Source of the DNA: an uncultured Planctomycetales bacterium | GTDB taxonomy: Bacteria; Planctomycetota; Phycisphaerae; UBA1845; Fen-1342 | Direction: 5' to 3' | Length of the DNA stretch: 56,204 nucleotides | NCBI GenBank assembly: GCA_964647015.1 | Contig: CAZYGM010000001.1 | Span: 1-56,204, forward strand | Part shown: positions 18,601-28,500 of the stretch, one piece after another | Numbering within the stretch: the stretch's first letter is position 1 | Layout: each line of letters begins with the position of its first letter | The notes under the pieces: generated by a model | What the model saw: the letters and a program-made list of their open reading frames with translations, nothing else | Databases searched by the model: none | Told to the model about the DNA's origin: nothing | Program-made: the position numbers and the translations under genes

Positions 18601-21072
18601 ATGAACCGCCGGTTGACCGTTGCCGTTCCGTGCAGGTTGTTTGCGGGCTTGTTGGCGCTGGCGACTTTGAGCTCGGCGGTGGCCGGCCCGGCGTCGGCCG
18701 GCGGGCCTTCGCCGGGTGTCTGTCCGCCCTTCTATCTGCGCGACGAGGCGGGCCGCATCATCAACCCGATCAGCGGGGAGAATGCGGATAAGCCGTATTC
18801 GCCGAGGCAGACATGCGGTACGGCCGGCTGCCACGACTACGGCCTGATCACGCAGGGCTTCCATTTTCAGCAGGGGGCCGACGAGCAGCCGACGGCGGAC
18901 CAGGCGGCCCGCTACCAGTGGGTGAGTACGCCGGGGCTGTATGGCGGCACTTGGTGCTCGCCGGCGCCGCTCTACCGGTCGCTGGCGCCCAAGCAGAACA
19001 CGTCGGGGCGCACCATCGACATGACTTCGTTCGGGCTGATAACGGCCGGCTGCGCGAAATGCCACCCCGGCGGCGGACCGCTGGAGTACGATCGGGACGG
19101 ACAGCGCTATGACGAGCGGATGCGCGATCCGGCCGCCGGCCTGACGCCGGGCGGCGAGAACAGCTTCGACGGGGATTACTACAAGGCCCGCTGGTCCGAG
19201 ACGGGCGTTCTGGAGGCGGATTGCCTGCTGTGCCACCTGCCCGAGTACAGCTTCGCCGCCCGGAACAAGCAGCTCGACGCGCTGAACTTCCGCTGGGCGC
19301 CGACGGCCGGCGCGGGCGTGGCGCAAGTGACGGGGGCGCTGGCGAAGAACGAGGCCGTGACCGTTGCATATGACGCGCGCCAGTTCAACCCGGACGGCAC
19401 CTTCTCGCCGAACATGGTGGTTTCGCCGCGAAACGAGACCTGCTTGAGCTGCCACGCGCAGCCGGGCTGGAAGAAACGTGGGGCGAACTTCGGCGCACGG
19501 ACGGATGTGCATTTGCGCGCCGGCTTGCGCTGCGTGGACTGTCACGCGGCCGGGTCGCGCGCCTTTGACCCGCGCATCCAGGGCCGCGAGGTGCACCAGT
19601 TCGGCAAGGGCGACGACCCCGGCGGGCAGGTTCGGAACGATCTGGACAACACCATGCGCCAGTGCGCTGATTGCCACACCAGCGGTTACCTGGGGGCGCC
19701 GATTCCCGAGCACCGCGGCCTGCCGCCGCTGCACCTCGAGCTGCTGGCGTGTCAGGCGTGCCATATTCCCGAGCGGGTTGTGATGCCCATCCAGGTGCAG
19801 GCCAGCGACGTGTTCAACCCTGCGCCGCGGGTCGCGGTGGGCGGCAAGCAACTGTGGACCTTCTACGGCGTGGACGGGGAGTACCGCAATCACTACGGCT
19901 ACCTCGAGATGATGGGCTACGACGACAAGCCCACCGAGACGTTTCGTCCGATCCTGACGCTGTATAAGGGCAAGATCTATCCGGTGAACCGCGTCCACTC
20001 GGCCTGGCCCGGCATCGAGGAGGATGGCAAGCCCGGTCTCGGGCAGCCGCTGATGGGCGATATCCGCAGGATGTGGCTGGCGCACCAGGCTGATCCGACC
20101 AAGTATCCGCGGCTGGCCGAGATCACGGACGACAATGCCGACGGCATGATCGAGGTCAACCGGCCGGAGGAGATTGACGCGCTGATCGCGTCGGTCACGG
20201 AGATGCTGCACGAGACGAACTGGCCTATGGAGGGCAAGCGGGTCGTGTGGGTCATGAACGAGCGCGTCTATAGCTCAGGCACCGAGTACCGTGAGATACC
20301 GAAGCACGAGTGGGAGGCCTCGCCCTACGGCAACGTCCACAAGTACAACCACGACGTGTACCCGGCCAAGGCGGCCCTGGGAGCGAATGGCTGCGGCGAT
20401 TGTCACTCATCGCCGTCGCCGTTCTTCGACCAGCCGGTGCTGGCGCAGGCGTTCGGGACGGGTGACGGGCAGCCGCGCTGGAAGCCGAATTATGAGATCA
20501 TGGGGATCGGGTCGGTCTGGGTGCGCGCGGGGGGCTTCCGCGAGCAGACCGTCAAGGCGCTCATGTACGTGTTCCTGGCGGCGCTGGTCGTGACGTGGTT
20601 GGCGGCGGCGTTGCGCGACGCCGCCGTGCGCAGCGGGACCCTGACGCCCGGGGTGGCCCGGTGGGGCGCGGGCGTGCTGCTGGTGGGCTGCGTTTTCGGA
20701 GGGCTCCTGGCGGCGCGTACGCCGGACCTGCTGGGCTACATGCTGGCAAGCCGCAGCGCGGTCGACGGGGCGCACTTCTGGATTGCCATCGCGATCATGC
20801 TGGCGGCGGTCGTCACGGCGTTGCGGCCGCGCGGCGACCTGCCGCGCGCGGCGTCGGCCGTGACCGGGCTGTTGTGGGTGGTTCTGCTGCTGACCGGCCT
20901 GTGCGGCGCGCTGATGCTCTTCCAGCTCAAACCGCTGCCCGGTTGGCTGCGCCTGGCGTACACGGCCTTTGATGTCGGGCTGGTTATCGTGCTGGTGTTG
21001 ACGGTCGTGCTGCGGTTGCTGCGTCTGGCGGGCGCGACGCCGCCGAGCGCTGGGCGTGCGGCTGCGGGTTAA
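18601..21072 (+). CDS. Multihaem c-type cytochrome (7 CxxCH + 1 Cx4CH) fused to a C-terminal 5-TM domain
   Basis: Signal peptide present. Haem motifs: CGTAGCH, CAKCH, CLLCH, CLSCH, CVDCH, CADCH, CQACH, CGDCH. The last ~200 aa hold five hydrophobic helices. The ATG at 18601 is 7 nt after GAGGAGG. Confidence 0.85.
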   Translation: MNRRLTVAVPCRLFAGLLALATLSSAVAGPASAGGPSPGVCPPFYLRDEAGRIINPISGENADKPYSPRQTCGTAGCHDYGLITQGFHFQQGADEQPTADQAARYQWVSTPGLYGGTWCSPAPLYRSLAPKQNTSGRTIDMTSFGLITAGCAKCHPGGGPLEYDRDGQRYDERMRDPAAGLTPGGENSFDGDYYKARWSETGVLEADCLLCHLPEYSFAARNKQLDALNFRWAPTAGAGVAQVTGALAKNEAVTVAYDARQFNPDGTFSPNMVVSPRNETCLSCHAQPGWKKRGANFGARTDVHLRAGLRCVDCHAAGSRAFDPRIQGREVHQFGKGDDPGGQVRNDLDNTMRQCADCHTSGYLGAPIPEHRGLPPLHLELLACQACHIPERVVMPIQVQASDVFNPAPRVAVGGKQLWTFYGVDGEYRNHYGYLEMMGYDDKPTETFRPILTLYKGKIYPVNRVHSAWPGIEEDGKPGLGQPLMGDIRRMWLAHQADPTKYPRLAEITDDNADGMIEVNRPEEIDALIASVTEMLHETNWPMEGKRVVWVMNERVYSSGTEYREIPKHEWEASPYGNVHKYNHDVYPAKAALGANGCGDCHSSPSPFFDQPVLAQAFGTGDGQPRWKPNYEIMGIGSVWVRAGGFREQTVKALMYVFLAALVVTWLAAALRDAAVRSGTLTPGVARWGAGVLLVGCVFGGLLAARTPDLLGYMLASRSAVDGAHFWIAIAIMLAAVVTALRPRGDLPRAASAVTGLLWVVLLLTGLCGALMLFQLKPLPGWLRLAYTAFDVGLVIVLVLTVVLRLLRLAGATPPSAGRAAAG

Positions 21073-21210
21073 TGGGCTGTGCGGCCTTTGAGTGCCAAGC
21101 GGCGCCGGTGAGCACTCGGCGGCCGCGGACCGGCCGATTCCGTGACGGTCAGAAGATCATGGCCGGGCGCCGGCGCTGAGCAGGCGGCGTGTTCCGGCGG
21201 GTGGCGGTTG

Positions 21211-21744
21211 TCAGCGGGGGATCTGAATGCCGAGTTGCGCCGTGGTGAACAGCGCTTCGCAGCGGACGCCGGCGGATTCTATCGCCTCCCGGCCGCCCTC
21301 CTGACGGTCGATCGTGACAATGACCGCTGTCACGGTCGCGCCGGCGTCGCGCAGCGTCTTGACGGCCTCGATGGCCTGCCCGCCGCTGGTGGCGATGTCC
21401 TCGACGAGGACGACGCGTTCGCCGGGGTTCAGGCGGCCCTCGATGAGCTTGCCGGTGCCATAGCCGGCCTTCTTGGAGTTGCGGACGATGACGAAGGGTT
21501 TGCCGGTTTCCAGGGCCGCGGCCGCCGCCAAGGCAATGCCGCCCAGTTCGGCGCCGGCGATGCGGTCGACGTCGGCGTCGATGAGGCGAGCAAACCGCCG
21601 GGCCAGCGCGCGCAGCAGGTCCGGCTGCGTCTCGAAGAGGTACTTATCCAGGTAATACTTGCTCTTGCGGCCGGAGCGCAGCGTGAAGTCGCCCTCCAGC
21701 AGGGCGGCTTCCTTGAGGGCCTGGGCAAGTTCGGCGTCGGTCAT
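21211..21744 (-). CDS. pyrE: Orotate phosphoribosyltransferase
   Basis: PRPP loop VVLVEDIATSGGQ, and N-terminal GDFTLRSGRKSKYYLD. Confidence 0.95.
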   Translation of the reverse strand: MTDAELAQALKEAALLEGDFTLRSGRKSKYYLDKYLFETQPDLLRALARRFARLIDADVDRIAGAELGGIALAAAAALETGKPFVIVRNSKKAGYGTGKLIEGRLNPGERVVLVEDIATSGGQAIEAVKTLRDAGATVTAVIVTIDRQEGGREAIESAGVRCEALFTTAQLGIQIPR

Positions 21745-22343
21745 GGCTGGGGTTTCCTGGTGCGGGGTTTGACGGTCTTGCGGCGGACCGGCGGGGAATC
21801 GTCACGGCTGGTTGCGGCAGCTAAGTCCAGCAGCATGGTTACGTTATCGCGGCCCGATTGCAGCACGAGCTCGATCAGTGTGCCCATGGCGGCCAGGAAG
21901 CGCCGCAAGTCTTCCAGCCGCCGGGCGAATTCGCGGGCCTGCTCCCGATCGGCGGGCGGGGCGACCTTGCTGTACGGCGTCAGCATGCCGCAACAGCGGT
22001 CGATGGACTCGATGATGGGCTCGACTTCGCGGCGGCGGCGTTCGCGCACGATGGTTTCGAACATGTGCCAGACGTCGGTGTCGGCCTGGAAATACTCCTT
22101 GCGGTCACCGAGCTTGTGGATTCGGCGAACGAGGCCCCAGTCAACCAGGGCGCGCAGGTTCATGCTGGCGTTGCCGCGCGAGACATGGAGCTGGGCCATG
22201 ACGTCATCGGTGCAGAGCGGTTCGCCGGTGACGAACAGCAGTGCATGGATCTCGGCCATGGTGCGGTTTATACCCCAGTATCCGCCCATTTCGCCCCAGC
22301 GGCGTACGAGCAGGTGTTGGCATTCTTCCAGCGTGCTCGGCAT
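21741..22343 (-). CDS. GbsR/MarR-type winged-helix transcriptional regulator
   Basis: WGINRTMAEIHALLFVTGEPLCTDDVMAQLHVSRGNASMNLRALVDWGLV is typical of the GbsR/COG1510 family. Overlaps the pyrE start by 4 nt. Confidence 0.75.
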   Translation of the reverse strand: MPSTLEECQHLLVRRWGEMGGYWGINRTMAEIHALLFVTGEPLCTDDVMAQLHVSRGNASMNLRALVDWGLVRRIHKLGDRKEYFQADTDVWHMFETIVRERRRREVEPIIESIDRCCGMLTPYSKVAPPADREQAREFARRLEDLRRFLAAMGTLIELVLQSGRDNVTMLLDLAAATSRDDSPPVRRKTVKPRTRKPQP

Positions 22344-22564
22344 GACGGGCTCGCAAAGCTTTCAGAACTCTCGGAAAAGAAGATACTCGCCCGGCCGGTG
22401 ATTGCAAGCCCCGGCGTCCGGGTGCCCGGCGGCGACGACGCACCGGCCATGGGTTGAACCGGGCGGGGCAGGCGTCATAATGCGGGCACGGACGGGCCGC
22501 GATGAGCTGTCGGGCTGGTGCGGCCGGCCGGCGGCGATGCAAACAAGTCTGAAGGGAGCGACCG

Positions 22565-23122
22565 ATGGAACGTGGCAGATGGACAGTGCTCGGATTGGTG
22601 GCTTTGCTGGTGGGGTTGAGCGGCTGCAGCGGGATCACGATCACCTTCAAGATCGAGGACGTGATCAATGACGGCGGGCGTGGTGACAGGTTTAAGGAAA
22701 TGCTGGACGTGGATATCGTGTGCCTGTCGAGCAAGGACATTGAGCGTTTCCCTGAACTGGCGGAGGGCACGCTGAACTCCCGCGAGTGGTTCAGCGCCCG
22801 CGACGCACGCGAGCAGAAATACCGGGCCCTCGACGGCCAGATCTACGCGCTGCGCAGCGGCGAGGCCGGCTCCTACGATCTGCTCAAGGGTCCGGCCCTG
22901 GTCTCGGCGGCCAACACCGGTAAGCGCGAGGTGGTGGTGCGTGAATTGAAGCCGCCGCGGAAGATTCTGGGTGAGTCGGCCATTGTCGTCTTTGGCCGGT
23001 TTCACGACGGCACCGGTCGTCTGCTGGGGGCGCAGCCGGTGCTGATTCGTCCGCTGCCGCGCTCGGGTCGTATTGCCATCGGCGTGGGTCGCACGCAAAT
23101 GACGCTGCTGAAGGCCGAATGA
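22565..23122 (+). CDS. Lipoprotein, tentative TssJ-like T6SS membrane-complex component
   Basis: Lipobox LVGLSGC. 185 aa with beta-rich periodicity. Occupies the tssJ position immediately upstream of tssK. The assignment rests on position and size rather than on a clear motif. Confidence 0.45.
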   Translation: MERGRWTVLGLVALLVGLSGCSGITITFKIEDVINDGGRGDRFKEMLDVDIVCLSSKDIERFPELAEGTLNSREWFSARDAREQKYRALDGQIYALRSGEAGSYDLLKGPALVSAANTGKREVVVRELKPPRKILGESAIVVFGRFHDGTGRLLGAQPVLIRPLPRSGRIAIGVGRTQMTLLKAE

Positions 23123-23267
23123 CGCGGGGAGTTGCGCTGACGGTTCACGATGAGTCGGCGGCGGGGGAGTGTGTTGTAGCGCGACGAACGTGGTAGAATA
23201 CGGGTGACACGTGCCGGGCCGGTTTGCCAAGACGGGCGGCCTTCCGCTGCCCCGATGAGACACGATT

Positions 23268-24632
23268 ATGAAATTCTGGCCGGAAGTCCATTGGTCGGAA
23301 GGGCAGTTTCTGCGGCCGCACCATCTGCAGGCGGCGTACCGGCAGGCCGAGACCTTGCAGGCGGCGGCACTGCGCGGGCTGTGCCCCTACGACTGGGGTT
23401 TCGTCGCCCTCGATCTGGCGGAGGAGGCCATCCAGAACGGTGAGTTGGAGATTCGGGCCTGCGAGCTGCGCCTGAGCGACGGCAGCCACATCAAGGTCCC
23501 AGAGAACTGCACGATCCCCGCGCGCGAGTTCAAGCAGAAGCTGGAGCAGGCGGCCGGACCGCTGGATGTGTACGTGGGTGTTCCGGAAGTTCAGGCCGTG
23601 CGCGCCAACGTGCAGGCGCCCGGTGAGGATGTTGAGGGCCGGCCCGTCCGCTACACGATCGATCTGACCGAGCGGTACGACGAGAACACGGGTGAGAATC
23701 CGCAGCCGGTTGAAGTGCGGCGGATGCGGGGGGCGGTTTTCGTGGGGGCTGAGGATCGGGCCGGCTACACTTGCGTGCGGCTGGGACGGCTGGAGCGGTC
23801 TGCCGCCGGACCGAAGCTGGTGCGGGAAGTGTTACCGCCGCTGCTGCGGCTGCAGGCCTGGCCGGCGTTGTGTGCCGAGGTCGAACGGCTGTGGCACGAC
23901 ATTCGCGACCGCATGGAGCAACTGGGCGCCGACGCCGCCGCCCGCGGGCTCACCTTCGCGACGGCCTCAGCGGGTGATCTGGAGCAACTGCTGAAGCTAC
24001 TGGCGCTTAATGAACTGGCGGCCCAGTTCGGCGTGTTGGCGAGTTCGCCGGAGCTGCACCCGCACGCGCTGTACGTGGCCTTGTGCACCGGCGTCGGCAA
24101 GGTGGCGTTGTGGGACGACACGCGCCGGCTGGGCGAGCTGCCCGAGTATGACCACGGTGATTGCGGGCCGGCCTTGTACGAGCTTAGCGACCGGCTGCGC
24201 ACGCTGGTGGATCGCATGATCCCGCGGGATTACGAGGAGCGGCTGTTCGAGGTGCGCGAGGGCGGCTACGTGGTTGACCTGGACTACGAGTGGCTGACGC
24301 CCAACCATGAGTTGTTCCTGGGGATTCGCGGTCCCAAGCAGTTGCAGGAGGTGGAGCAACTGCTGGGCGGGTTGAATTTCAAGATCGCCTCGCCGCGCGA
24401 CGTAAAGGCGTTGTTCGAGGGCCGCTTACGGGGTTTGGAGCGGCAGTACGCTGGGCCGGTGCCGGGTCTGCCGCAGAGTCACGATCAGTTCTACTTCCGG
24501 ATATCGCGCACGCCGCCCTACTGGGCCAATTGCGAGCGTGATCGTGGTATCGCGATTCGGATGCCGCCGCAGGACATGCCCAAGCTGGGTGCGTTGCGGC
24601 TGTCGTTGTTTGTGAAGCGCCTGAAGGGATAA
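23268..24632 (+). CDS. tssK: Type VI secretion baseplate/membrane-complex adaptor TssK
   Basis: 454 aa. The N-terminus MKFWPEVHWSEGQFLRPHHLQAAYR matches the family-typical opening (..W.EG.FL.P.H.Q). It is followed by YDWGF..LDL and RYTIDL..YDENTGE blocks. Confidence 0.85.
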   Translation: MKFWPEVHWSEGQFLRPHHLQAAYRQAETLQAAALRGLCPYDWGFVALDLAEEAIQNGELEIRACELRLSDGSHIKVPENCTIPAREFKQKLEQAAGPLDVYVGVPEVQAVRANVQAPGEDVEGRPVRYTIDLTERYDENTGENPQPVEVRRMRGAVFVGAEDRAGYTCVRLGRLERSAAGPKLVREVLPPLLRLQAWPALCAEVERLWHDIRDRMEQLGADAAARGLTFATASAGDLEQLLKLLALNELAAQFGVLASSPELHPHALYVALCTGVGKVALWDDTRRLGELPEYDHGDCGPALYELSDRLRTLVDRMIPRDYEERLFEVREGGYVVDLDYEWLTPNHELFLGIRGPKQLQEVEQLLGGLNFKIASPRDVKALFEGRLRGLERQYAGPVPGLPQSHDQFYFRISRTPPYWANCERDRGIAIRMPPQDMPKLGALRLSLFVKRLKG

Positions 24633-24641
24633 GCGGGAGGA

Positions 24642-25457
24642 TTGGGCTTGGAGTCCAAGGCGACGGTATATGACCTGGCGGTACAGGTGGTGCTGTACCT
24701 GGTGGCGTTTCAGCGGCGCGTGGCGGAGGGCGAGTCGCCGACGTACGACGACACGTGCCGCGAGGTGCTGCGGCTGCTGAAGGACCTGGACGAGCAGAGT
24801 CACCGGACCGAGGGGCTGCACGACCACTGGGTGGCGGCGCGCGTGCCGCTGGTGTACCTGGTGGACGAGGTGATGATCCTGAACTGCCCCTGGGAGCACC
24901 GCAACGAGTGGGCCAACAACTGCCTGGAGGTCGCCCTGCTGGGGCACCCACAGGCGCTGGGCGGCGAGAACTTCTACACTGAGTGTGAGGAAGCGCTGCG
25001 CGAGCTGGAAGTGGCGGAGCGGCACGAGCGGCGCGACTACGCGGCGCGCGTCGAGTTGATGATGGTGTATTACGTGGCGCTGCAGATGGGCTTCAAGGGT
25101 CGCTATGCGCTCGACCTGGACGCCTGGCGCGAGTTCAAGGCCCATCTCTTCTCGAAATTGCCGTCTTACGCGCAAACGCGCACCAAGCAGCTTTTCCCCG
25201 AGACTGACCAGCACACCGTGCTGCTGGATCCCAACTACGAGCCCGTGACGCGCCTGCTCTACGTGTTCCTGGCGTTTCTCTTCATCGTGGCGCTCTACTT
25301 CGGGGCGACCTGGGGTTACTGGAGCGACCTGACATCCGATCTGGCCGGCCATGTCAAAACGGTGGGCGCGGTGCCCGCGGCGGTCGGCGGGGAAGCTGCT
25401 CGCGAGCCGGCGGCGGAACCAGACGCGGCTGGGGCCGGTCGGGGCGGCGCAAACTAG
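24642..25457 (+). CDS. tssL: Type VI secretion membrane protein TssL (DotU family)
   Basis: DotU-like cytoplasmic domain (YYVALQMGFKGRY) and a single C-terminal TM LLYVFLAFLFIVALYFGATWGYW. The periplasmic tail is short and has no OmpA/PG-binding domain. The start may be TTG 24648. Confidence 0.8.
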   Translation: MGLESKATVYDLAVQVVLYLVAFQRRVAEGESPTYDDTCREVLRLLKDLDEQSHRTEGLHDHWVAARVPLVYLVDEVMILNCPWEHRNEWANNCLEVALLGHPQALGGENFYTECEEALRELEVAERHERRDYAARVELMMVYYVALQMGFKGRYALDLDAWREFKAHLFSKLPSYAQTRTKQLFPETDQHTVLLDPNYEPVTRLLYVFLAFLFIVALYFGATWGYWSDLTSDLAGHVKTVGAVPAAVGGEAAREPAAEPDAAGAGRGGAN

Positions 25458-25504
25458 GAAATCGGCAAGGCCAGGGCCCAGAGGCGGCGCCGGAGGCAGA
25501 TAAG

Positions 25505-28500
25505 ATGGCCGAACGCAGCTTGAACGCAGTATTGATGAAATTCTTCAACCTGCCGCCGGCTCTGCGCATGATCCTGGCGGTGGCCGGGTTCGGCTCGCTG
25601 GCATCCATCATGTTTTTCCTGACGCGCGGCTTTTTCCAGACGCGTTCGGGGAAGATATGGATTCTGGTGATCCTGCTGGGCGGCGCGGCGGTCTTTGGGC
25701 TCGTCTATCTCATTGTGCGTCTGTTCCGTGGCCGGCGCTCCTCGCAGCTCAGCGGCGCGCTGGAATCGCAGGGGCCGACGCGTGGTGACATCGCCGAGCA
25801 GGAGCGGCTGTATCGCGAGAAGTTCGCCGGCAAGCTGAACGACCTGCGTGCGAACGGGCTGTCCGTGTATCGGCTGCCGTGGTTCGTGCTGATGGGTGAG
25901 CCCGGCTGCGGCAAGACGGCCAGCCTGATTCACTCAGGGCTGGATTTCCCGCTGGGCAAGGACGAGGTGCCCGGCTTCGGCGGCACGCGCAACTACAACT
26001 GGTGGTTCACGAACGACGCCGTTGTGCTCGATACGGCGGGGCGCATCGCCTTCCAGGAAGAGGGCACGACTGATCGCGTCGAGTGGGAATATTTCCTGAC
26101 GCTGATGAAACGCCACCGCCCGCGCTGCCCGCTGAACGGGGTGATCCTGGCGTTGCCGGCCGACAAGCTGCTGCGCGACTCGGTGGAGGAGCGCGCCCAG
26201 AAGGCCACCGTGCTGCGGGAGCGGCTGCGGCAGATCCACCAGGCGCTGGGCGTGCGTTTCCCGACGTTCGTGCTGGTGACCAAGATGGACCTCGTGGGGG
26301 GCTTCAGCGAGTTCTTCGAGGACGTCCGCGTCGACCTGCAGCAGCGCAACCAGATGTTCGGCTGGTCGCGCCCGGGCGAGTTCGAGCAGGCTTTCGACAC
26401 GGCCGAGTTCCTGCCGGCGTTCGACGACGTGCACCATCGACTGCGCGACTGGTCGATGCGCTATCTCCAGCGCAAGGCCGCCGATCCGGAGCTTGGCCTG
26501 GTAGTGACGTTCCCGGAGGCCTTTCACGAACTGCGCGGCCCGCTGAACGATTACATCAGCACCGTCTTCCAGAAAAGCCCGCTGCTCGAGCCGCCCTTCT
26601 TCCGGGGCTTCTACTTCACTTCCGCCATGCAGGAAGGCGCGCCGATCTTCGACGTGTTCACGCGCGCGCACCCGGGGCTGACGCTGCCGGAACGCGCGGT
26701 GCGCGCCGTCGATTCAAAGGCTTTCTTCATACACGACTTCTATGAACGCAAGGTCTTTGCCGAGAAAGGGTTGGTGTTCCGGTCGGCCCAGCACGTGACG
26801 CTCAACCGGCGCATGCGGCGACTGGTGTGGGTCGGTTCGGCCGCCATGCTAGTCCTGATGCTGGCGCTGTTCGGCTTCGGTTACTTCGGCGTGAGCGACC
26901 TGGTGACGCAGCCCCAGGCTGATTGTGAACAGGCGGTCAAGAGCATCGGCCAGGCGCGGACGGGTGCGCCGACGTACACCCGGCTGGCTGAGAACCTCGA
27001 CTTGGCCGAGCGCCTGCAGCAACACTACGAAGCGTACGACCGGCCCTGGACCGGCTTACGGGCCCGCTCGCTGTACATCGGCGCGAATATAGCGCAGCCG
27101 CGCGACGCCGTCCGGAATATTCACGCGCGCTTCGTGTTGGAGACGATCCTCCGCCCGGTCATCCAGGAAGCTGAGCTGCAGCTTGGCTCCGTGGATGAGT
27201 TGGGCCGCTCGCCGGAGCAGTACCTGGCGGCCCTCGAAACCTACGCCGGCTGGTACGGCGAGCTGGTGGGTCAGCCGCGCGGCTGGCTGGATCAGGAGCA
27301 GGTGGGCCAGCGCGTTACCGAGGTTAAGGCACTGTTGACGTTTCTAAGCACCGGCGACGACACCCAGCAGCGCGCGCTCCGGCAGATTAATGCCGCGTTG
27401 GAGTCACCGGCGGGCGGGCGACGCCAGTTTGCCCGTCACGTCCTGGACAACACGCTGGGCCTCGAAGCGAACGCCATGACGGCCGTCCTGACAGCCGCCA
27501 TTCAGCATCTGACAGACCGCTGGATGCCGCTGACGCGGCTGGTGCCCGTGCCGCAGGACGATTTCCTGCGCTACTGGTCAGACCTGGCGGCGCACCTGGG
27601 CGCCGTGCGGACCCATTACACCGAGATTCTGGCACTGGCAGGCGCTTTCCGACAGGCGGACGAGTTCGATAGCGCTGCCGAGCGCTTCATGACTCTGACT
27701 GAGGGCGCGGAGTACCTGGGCCGCGCGACCACGCCGCCCAAGCCGGGGACAGTGGCGCGCGCGATGTTCGATTTGCGAGCGTTCCTGAGTGAACGCGAAG
27801 TGCCGCAGACGGAAGCTCGGCGGATTCGGCGCTTCGCGGACCAACTGGCCTGGATGGCCGGCCGCTGGGAGGCCGAGTTCGGACGGGTGCGGACGGCCCT
27901 GACCGCCGGATCACCGAGCGAACAGGAACGTCCGCAGCGCATCGTGTTTGAGGCTGTGGACGAGGCCCGCCGCCAACTGCACGCGCGCTACCAGACCAGC
28001 TTGCAGGAGCTGCGCGCGCAGTTGCAGGTTCCGGCTGAGCTGGAGCCCGCCGACTTCTACGAGCAGACCACGCGGTTGCTTACGCTGGTGGAGCAGCGCG
28101 CGGCCCTGCCGACGCTCGATGAGCAGCGGGCGGCGATCCGGCTGGCGGAACACCCGTTCGGGCGTTACGGCGAACTCGTCACGTACCTCACTGAGCTCCG
28201 CGGCATTGTGGACGCGGCGGGCACGGGTGATTTCCTTGATGATTTGCGGCGTTGGCCGGAGCTGTTGTCCACAGGGGGTACGGCGCTGCCGACGTCGCAG
28301 GCGTTGCGGACCTGGTTCGAGGGTGCCGGCGCGGGCAGGTCGCCGGGTGAGGAGGCGATCCGGCAATGGTCCGGGTTGGCAGAGCACCCGTTCTGGCGCG
28401 CGGCCGACCTGTATGGTCTGGCTGAGAGCATATGGCGGGGACATCAGCAGCGGACGGTCGGAACGCTACTGGAGCGGATGGAGGCGCGCTGTGCCGAGGT

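Noticed and set aside
18037-20211. 724-aa ORF on the minus strand
   Set aside because: It is entirely antisense to the multihaem cytochrome gene. Its Arg/Ala/Gly/Pro-dominated composition is typical of shadow ORFs in ~65% GC DNA. The sense strand carries eight haem-binding motifs.
21142-22401. 419-aa plus-strand ORF
   Set aside because: Antisense to pyrE and the GbsR-like regulator, both of which have clear family motifs.
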